Origin: a virus
DNA length: 64,000 bases
IMG/VR virus record: IMGVR_UViG_3300028549_001461
Coordinates: 97,222-161,221 of that record
Reading direction: 5' to 3' (one strand)
The notes below the pieces were generated by a model that did no database searches, was not told the DNA's origin, and was given only the letters and a program-made list of their open reading frames with translations. The position numbers and the translations under genes are program-made. Shown in pieces: positions 58,695-64,000 of this stretch (the stretch's first letter is position 1; every line of letters begins with the position of its first letter).

Positions 58695-58800
58695 GTAATA
58701 CTACCAGTATCACTGCCTACAGATTTGACAGATCTTGTAATTCGTAGACTCACTGGTAGTATTACCTATGCGGATACTCAAAGTAGCATAGTCTTGTCAG
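58695..58800 (-). ncRNA. Candidate structured RNA (14-bp stem, K-turn-like loop, possible pseudoknot)
   Basis: GTAATACTACCAGT/ACTGGTAGTATTAC perfect inverted repeat plus CTATGC/GCATAG hairpin. Confidence 0.45.
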
Positions 58801-58847
58801 TTACTATACTACTTTTATACCCTCTGAATTAATTTTATTCAGTTATT

Positions 58848-60197
58848 TTAAAAACTAGTAACACGGTCCAATTCTGCTAGAGCAGAAGCTCTTAACTGTT
58901 CAAAACAATACTGCCTATAAAACATACCATTTTTCCATACAAGTGGTAGATTTAAATTATCAAATCTTCCGCGCTTACTCTTTTTCCAAGGCGCATCAGA
59001 AGGTTCTTTAAATACATCGGCCCAAGCATATTGATCATCTTCACCTGCTTTAAAGATTGCAGACATTTTCATGGCATATTTATAGGTGTCTCTATTTACT
59101 TGTTGTAAAGATCCTCCTCCCATACCAAAAGCAACATTATCTGCAGACCAACCAGCATTTGTAATTGTTTCTAAAACTTTTCTAATATCATCAGGGCCGT
59201 TTAAACCATCACCTTGAATAACACGTATACAGCTTGGTAAGATTTTATAGCCCTTACTATTTATAATAGTACCAAAACATTCACCAAGTTGTTCAAGGGT
59301 ACGAAGAACAATCTCAGAAGGTTCACCAGAATCTGGGCGAACTACAAGAGTTCCACCAGATTGTACAATCCTATCTTTAAATTCACCACCCCAGTATTTA
59401 AGTATTGCGTTACTCAGGTCATAACTATCAGACACAACAGCTACAATTGATCCTGGTTTCAAAAACTGATTTAACATGTTTTCATAAGCATCTCTTTCGA
59501 ACTCACGGCCCCATGCAGTTATTGTACTGTGCTCTGCAGCATTGATGCTAAAGCCAAGCATAGCATCAGTGTTGTAGTAATCCTGAGCTTCAAAGATTCC
59601 AGCAACAGTATCAGTACCCATAGAGGTAAGTAACTCAGCAGAAGCACCAATACCAGCAGATTCTTCGGAACTTACACCACGATAACCAAAAGAATGTAGT
59701 TTAAATGGTGCTTGTTCAGGAGTACCAGTTTTCTTCAAGTATTCAAGAATAACTTTCTTGCACTCAAATTGTTTGGTAGCAACAGTAGTAGGATACCATA
59801 ATTGTAACAGACGTGTTTCTACCCATCCAGGAAGCCATCCAAAACGGTCGTCAGTGGATTCAATTGTTACTTGTACCTCTTTAGTCTTAACTAATTTACC
59901 TTCTTCTACAGCATGAATTTCAAGCGGATAATAACCAAGTTTTACAAGATCCAGCCAACCCTGTTTATTAAATTTAACACCATGTTCTGCCCAAAATTTT
60001 GCAGCTTTTTTGACTTCTTTTTTGGTTACCATTTTTGTAAGTAACCGTTTAATGATAGCTTGAAGACCAAAGAATAGTACTTCTTCTGCACCACCTCTGG
60101 ATTCAATATAATAATAACTTCCACGATTTTCAGGGAATTGTAGATAATGACTTACCTTGTAACTATCAGTTGTAAAAACTAAGTTTCTTTTTTTCAT
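58848..60197 (-). CDS. nadV: Nicotinamide phosphoribosyltransferase
   Basis: TDSYKVSH, YIESRG, WYPTTVAT, AAEHS, VSDSYD, RPDSG, IQGDG, FGMGG; start placed at 60197 after AGGGAG. Confidence 0.93.
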   Translation of the reverse strand: MKKRNLVFTTDSYKVSHYLQFPENRGSYYYIESRGGAEEVLFFGLQAIIKRLLTKMVTKKEVKKAAKFWAEHGVKFNKQGWLDLVKLGYYPLEIHAVEEGKLVKTKEVQVTIESTDDRFGWLPGWVETRLLQLWYPTTVATKQFECKKVILEYLKKTGTPEQAPFKLHSFGYRGVSSEESAGIGASAELLTSMGTDTVAGIFEAQDYYNTDAMLGFSINAAEHSTITAWGREFERDAYENMLNQFLKPGSIVAVVSDSYDLSNAILKYWGGEFKDRIVQSGGTLVVRPDSGEPSEIVLRTLEQLGECFGTIINSKGYKILPSCIRVIQGDGLNGPDDIRKVLETITNAGWSADNVAFGMGGGSLQQVNRDTYKYAMKMSAIFKAGEDDQYAWADVFKEPSDAPWKKSKRGRFDNLNLPLVWKNGMFYRQYCFEQLRASALAELDRVTSF

Positions 60198-60200
60198 GTT

Positions 60201-60232
60201 TGTTCTCCCTTGCATCAACGCATCTAGGATTT
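60201..60232 (-). promoter_or_regulatory. SD-sequestering hairpin motif upstream of nadV
   Basis: AATCCTAGATGCGTTGATGCAAGGGAGAACA; near copy at 61570-61603. Confidence 0.55.
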
Positions 60233-60675
60233 TTATTTGTACTACTCTGGTTTTACTGTCATTTCAAGGGTATTGTCTACCCATTTCGTTTTTGAGTCAT
60301 TGCAATTCATATAGGAAACATCAATAGCTACTTCATATCCTAGCCAATTACCAAGGTCTTGTTCTCCTTGGTCACTGTACCAAGCTACGAATGCTTCAGC
60401 TTGTTCCTTTGTTTCAAAACCTTTTATTAATACTTTTGGCATATTTACCACCAACCTTTAGATAGTCTTTCATTTTCTTGTAAAATTTCTTTAGCTATTG
60501 CTAACTCTTTCTCTACTCGGTATTTGCAATTTTTTGCATGACCTTTGAGACGACCATTTATTTCAGGGCTACTTCTTTTACAACACAAACAGCAATAATA
60601 AGGATTATCTCCGCCTATAGGCTCTGTAGGATAATTATTATCATATTCTATTTCTTTCTGTCTTTTCATATACTG

Positions 60676-61569
60676 TTAACTCTTGCTTATAAGTAATAAA
60701 TGATTCATCATCTCTAAATGTTCAGGAACGATATATTGCATGATGTCACCAGTAAAATCAAACCATCTGAGTTCATGTATGTCATCATCTGGTTCAGGTG
60801 TTCCTGATTTTATAGTGGCAGTATGAAGTATCGTAGTGATTTTATCTCTTTCGCCCTTATATCTCCAATCAGTAGACGGAAAACTATCGATGTATTTAAT
60901 ATTTTTTAGTATTAAATGAGTTTCTTCATAAGCTTCCCTTGCTACAGCCTCAGATACTTTTTCCGAATTCTGTATAAAACCACCAATGAATCTATACTGT
61001 GTCTCTCTTGATTTTCTTCCTAAAAGGATTTTTGAAAATAGATCATCAAATATAGCAACATCAATTGTAAATTTAGGAGAAGGCCATTGATTTCCCATAG
61101 CCCAAATAGCACCAGCTCTAAAATCTTTTGTTACATTAGAACGTATGGCAACTTGTTTTCTTATTTCAGTTCCTGAGTAATATGTTTCTTGAACTAATTC
61201 TTTAGTCTGAAATTTGCCATTGTAATAAGGTATAAAAGAATCCCTGCTTCCATATAAACATACAGTTTGTTCTGGACCGATGAAACTTTTAATTTTGTCA
61301 TCGAGATCTTTAGACCATAATTTATCATCATGTACATCTTTGATATAGACTATGGTGGCTTTAGGAAAATGTTGTTGGATCATGGCTCGTCTAGATTCAA
61401 AATCCAAAGGATTATTGAAAGTACACTTGCAGTGAGAAAGACCTACAAAAATTATAAGTCTATTGTGAGATTGCTCTACTGTTGAGAGCAGTTTGAGATG
61501 GCCTTCATGGAGATCGTCTACTTGAAAACGACCAATTACTACACCTACGTCTGCGCTTTTTTCTTTCAT
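60676..61569 (-). CDS. Bifunctional NMN adenylyltransferase / Nudix hydrolase (NadM-Nudix, NatV-like)
   Basis: GRFQ..LHEGH, NPL, GSRDSF, SGTEIR; Nudix GGF...AREAYEET. Confidence 0.88.
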   Translation of the reverse strand: MKEKSADVGVVIGRFQVDDLHEGHLKLLSTVEQSHNRLIIFVGLSHCKCTFNNPLDFESRRAMIQQHFPKATIVYIKDVHDDKLWSKDLDDKIKSFIGPEQTVCLYGSRDSFIPYYNGKFQTKELVQETYYSGTEIRKQVAIRSNVTKDFRAGAIWAMGNQWPSPKFTIDVAIFDDLFSKILLGRKSRETQYRFIGGFIQNSEKVSEAVAREAYEETHLILKNIKYIDSFPSTDWRYKGERDKITTILHTATIKSGTPEPDDDIHELRWFDFTGDIMQYIVPEHLEMMNHLLLISKS

Positions 61570-61603
61570 TGTTTCCCCTTTCGCATCATTGCATCTAAGG
61601 ATT
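61570..61603 (-). promoter_or_regulatory. SD-sequestering hairpin motif upstream of NMNAT-Nudix
   Basis: AATCCTTAGATGCAATGATGCGAAAGGGGAAACA immediately before ATG. Confidence 0.55.
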
Positions 61604-61989
61604 AATAAAATATGTGATACTACAATACTGTACTACAATAGCACAGTTACTTAATTAGAGGTACCAAAAGATTTTTTAGTATTTGTGAACCTTCCGAAAG
61701 TATCACCCATTTAACTTTTTTTATTGACTTGCTTGGATTCCCACTCTTTATACACATCATTGGGTATTACACAAAACATATCATCTAACACTACTGATGA
61801 GACGGAATCTATAGTTTCCCCCATAGCTACTACTTCTTTTTCTATTCTACTTAACATCTCTTTCATCATACCGAAAAGTTCTGCTGGAGTTGGTTCAGCT
61901 TCTTCAGAATTCAAATAATCAGGTTTATATTCTTCACTCATAGTTCATCTCTCTATAAATTTTTAAAGTGTGCTTTTTCTTACAAGTGT

Positions 61990-62916
61990 TTAATCAAACC
62001 AATTAATACCGCTGACTTCAAAATCAGTTGTATTACCTTCATTATTTAGAATTACTTGATGCCATTTTGTGTATTTTATTGTCTTGTGATCTTTATGTCT
62101 TACACAACCTCGCACGAAAACTTCTTTTTTTCTAATTGAATAAATTGGTTTTACTACGGATAAATCTTTATTTTTATTAGCCCATTTTGAAGATTGTGCT
62201 TCGACGATAATTTTTTCTTTGTCCGGTAATACTACTAATTCATCAGCTATATGAGGATTACCTTTGGGTTTTCCAGCGTGTTTGCCTATGCTTTCTTTTT
62301 CTAAAACAAAGATACGTTTCTTGTCTAACAACAAATTTAAAATATCTTCTTGTTCTTTTGTAGCTTCAACAAAAAACCACTCACCTTGTCTTCCAGGTGT
62401 CATTTTACGAGCACCTTCATGGAATAAAACTGTATTACCTAATTGTTTTTTAGCTTCAATTATATTTGTAACACCTGTATTTAACTGAGCAATAAAAAGT
62501 TGACGTTCATCAACACCCATTAAAAAATGCCGGGCTCTTCCAGAAGTTTTTCTGGTAATGATGAAATGTCTTGCTGTTTCTTTAAATTTAACTTTGGCAT
62601 TTATTAAATTGTTTCTAACAATATCTGCATTATATCTTTTTCTTTCAGTTACTTCAAATTCACGTTCTTTTTCTTTAACAAGTAGTAATACTTGTTTTGA
62701 TTTTAAATCAGTGTCAAGAATTTGTGCGTAATTTTTTGAATTTCCTTGGTAGATCTCAAACCATTCTGTACGTCTTGTTCCTTTAACTTCCCTTTTAATA
62801 GTCATTTGAAAAATTTCTTTATTTACTCTCCTGACTAAAGGTTTATCACTAATTTTTAAGATTAGACCTACTTCATAAAATCGTTTTACTAAACTGTTTT
62901 TCATGAGTATCTCCAT
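61990..62916 (-). CDS. Hypothetical phage protein
   Basis: FLMGVDER, RQGEWFF, VRGCVRHKDH motifs. Confidence 0.65.
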   Translation of the reverse strand: MEILMKNSLVKRFYEVGLILKISDKPLVRRVNKEIFQMTIKREVKGTRRTEWFEIYQGNSKNYAQILDTDLKSKQVLLLVKEKEREFEVTERKRYNADIVRNNLINAKVKFKETARHFIITRKTSGRARHFLMGVDERQLFIAQLNTGVTNIIEAKKQLGNTVLFHEGARKMTPGRQGEWFFVEATKEQEDILNLLLDKKRIFVLEKESIGKHAGKPKGNPHIADELVVLPDKEKIIVEAQSSKWANKNKDLSVVKPIYSIRKKEVFVRGCVRHKDHKTIKYTKWHQVILNNEGNTTDFEVSGINWFD

Positions 62917-62923
62917 TATTGTA

Positions 62924-63148
62924 TTACTTTTTTTTCTTTGCTGCTACTTGTCTTATGATCTTACTTTCTTTCTTATTGGGTACATGCTCACGTTGGTTAA
63001 GTTCTTCTTTCAATTGAAAAGTTGTCCAACCATATTCATTATCATATGGAGAATAAAATCCGCCACATTTACGAGCTTTTTCTAATAGCTTCATTAATGT
63101 TTTTGTGTGTTTACTTTTTAAGTCTAATGCGATCATTTTTGTCACCAT
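62924..63148 (-). CDS. Hypothetical basic protein
   Basis: LKEELNQREHVPNKKE. Confidence 0.55.
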   Translation of the reverse strand: MVTKMIALDLKSKHTKTLMKLLEKARKCGGFYSPYDNEYGWTTFQLKEELNQREHVPNKKESKIIRQVAAKKKK

Positions 63149-63158
63149 TAATTTTTTA

Positions 63159-63294
63159 TGCCTCGTGGTAGATTCGAACTACCGTCTTTCTTTTATCATA
63201 AGAGAAGTAACCATGCTATACACCACTTGTTTTATTAAACAAGGGAACTAGTTAACAAGGTGGCTTAATGCTCTACCAATTGAGCTAACGAGGC
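63159..63294 (-). ncRNA. tRNA-shaped RNA with ~80-nt structured insert in place of the anticodon arm
   Basis: GCCTCGT/ACGAGGC acceptor, GCTC-AATTGGTA-GAGC D arm, GGTAG-TTCGAAT-CTACC T arm. Confidence 0.75.
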
Positions 63295-63304
63295 GTACTA
63301 AGAA

Positions 63305-63829
63305 CTATTTTTCTAAAATTAAATACATTTGATTTATCAAAGTTTCTGCTTTTGCTCTTAAAATAGCACTTGCTTTTGTTAAATTCCACAAGAGCTGTCT
63401 CTTTTCTTCCAAGTACGTAGGAGCAAATACTGGATCGCATAATACAATACCTTGAATATTATGTAGCATGTCAGCTACTTTCAGATCTTGTGAATATGCA
63501 GTGCCGTTACAGTAATGTATTCTATCAATCTCTTTTCTTACTTTTCTGGAACCATCTTCTTTTGTTGCTTTTTCAGTAGCATAAAATACAGTACTTGCTA
63601 CAACTTCTCCAAAGCGTTCATGTATAACTTCTAGTGTGATGTCTTTACAATCTTCAACAGTATCGTGTAGTAAAGCTGCTGCAAGTACCTCGGCATTATT
63701 GGCATAAATTTCTGTTAATATACCCATTACTGCAAGTGGGTGTTGTATGTAAGCAGTGCCACCGAATTTTCTAAACTGTCCTTTATGAGCTTCCATTGCA
63801 AATTGAAAAGCTTTTTCAATGAGTGGCAT
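63305..63829 (-). CDS. HD-domain (p)ppGpp hydrolase-like protein (small alarmone hydrolase fold)
   Basis: AHKGQFRK, YIQHP, ALLHDTVED, KVADMLHN. Confidence 0.85.
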   Translation of the reverse strand: MPLIEKAFQFAMEAHKGQFRKFGGTAYIQHPLAVMGILTEIYANNAEVLAAALLHDTVEDCKDITLEVIHERFGEVVASTVFYATEKATKEDGSRKVRKEIDRIHYCNGTAYSQDLKVADMLHNIQGIVLCDPVFAPTYLEEKRQLLWNLTKASAILRAKAETLINQMYLILEK

Positions 63830-64000
63830 AATAACATCCCTAATTTTTAATTACAATATTCTTTACAAGTTTTAATACTATATTCGTTTAATACGATTGT
63901 TCTACCTTTATTAGCATATCCGTAGTCATATATGTAATGACCTACTTCTTGCTTTCTTTTTTCATCCCACCAAGTTACCCAGTATAAATGGCAATTTGAA

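Noticed and set aside
42424-63829. HD proteins at 42424 and 63305 as DatZ partners of PurZ
   Set aside because: Their motifs match PgpH-type and RelA/SpoT-type HD domains, not the YfbR-like DatZ family.
1-64000. Genome-wide TAG reassignment (code 15)
   Set aside because: Long genes are uninterrupted in code 11, and several complete-looking genes (e.g. ending at 4906, 26324, 13074, 57093, 63305) stop at TAG; internal TAGs appear only locally.

Overview
AT-rich, densely coding 64-kb segment of a large (jumbo-type) bacteriophage genome read in the standard bacterial code. Genes run on + from 1 to ~49.7 kb, apart from a minus-strand block of DUF2341/LamG/beta-helix virion genes at 6.2-16.4 kb, and on - from ~49.7 kb to the end. 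It carries two methylase/endonuclease-like pairs, a PurZ-type adenylosuccinate-synthetase homologue, DnaK and a ClpB-like ATPase, a metacaspase, glycosylation genes, NAD salvage genes (NAMPT, NMNAT-Nudix, Prs, NAD kinase), RNA ligases, eight tRNAs and one tRNA-like RNA. The most striking feature is a compact amber-readthrough module at 33.27-34.09 kb that the ORF track misses. It consists of a leader ORF with an internal TAG whose distal codons sequester the next RBS, a Pth2-like gene interrupted by one in-frame TAG, a hairpin, and a fully paired CUA-anticodon suppressor tRNA, followed by a second intact Pth2. Elsewhere in the window TAG is an ordinary stop. Other notable items: an RlmN-like radical SAM enzyme whose AACGQL tail is encoded as a separate peptide, a shared SD-sequestering hairpin before both NAD-salvage genes, several unassigned structured RNAs, and a Gly/Lys micro-peptide after a GT/radical-SAM/MTase cluster. 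All calls are from motif reading by eye; no searches or folding programs were run.
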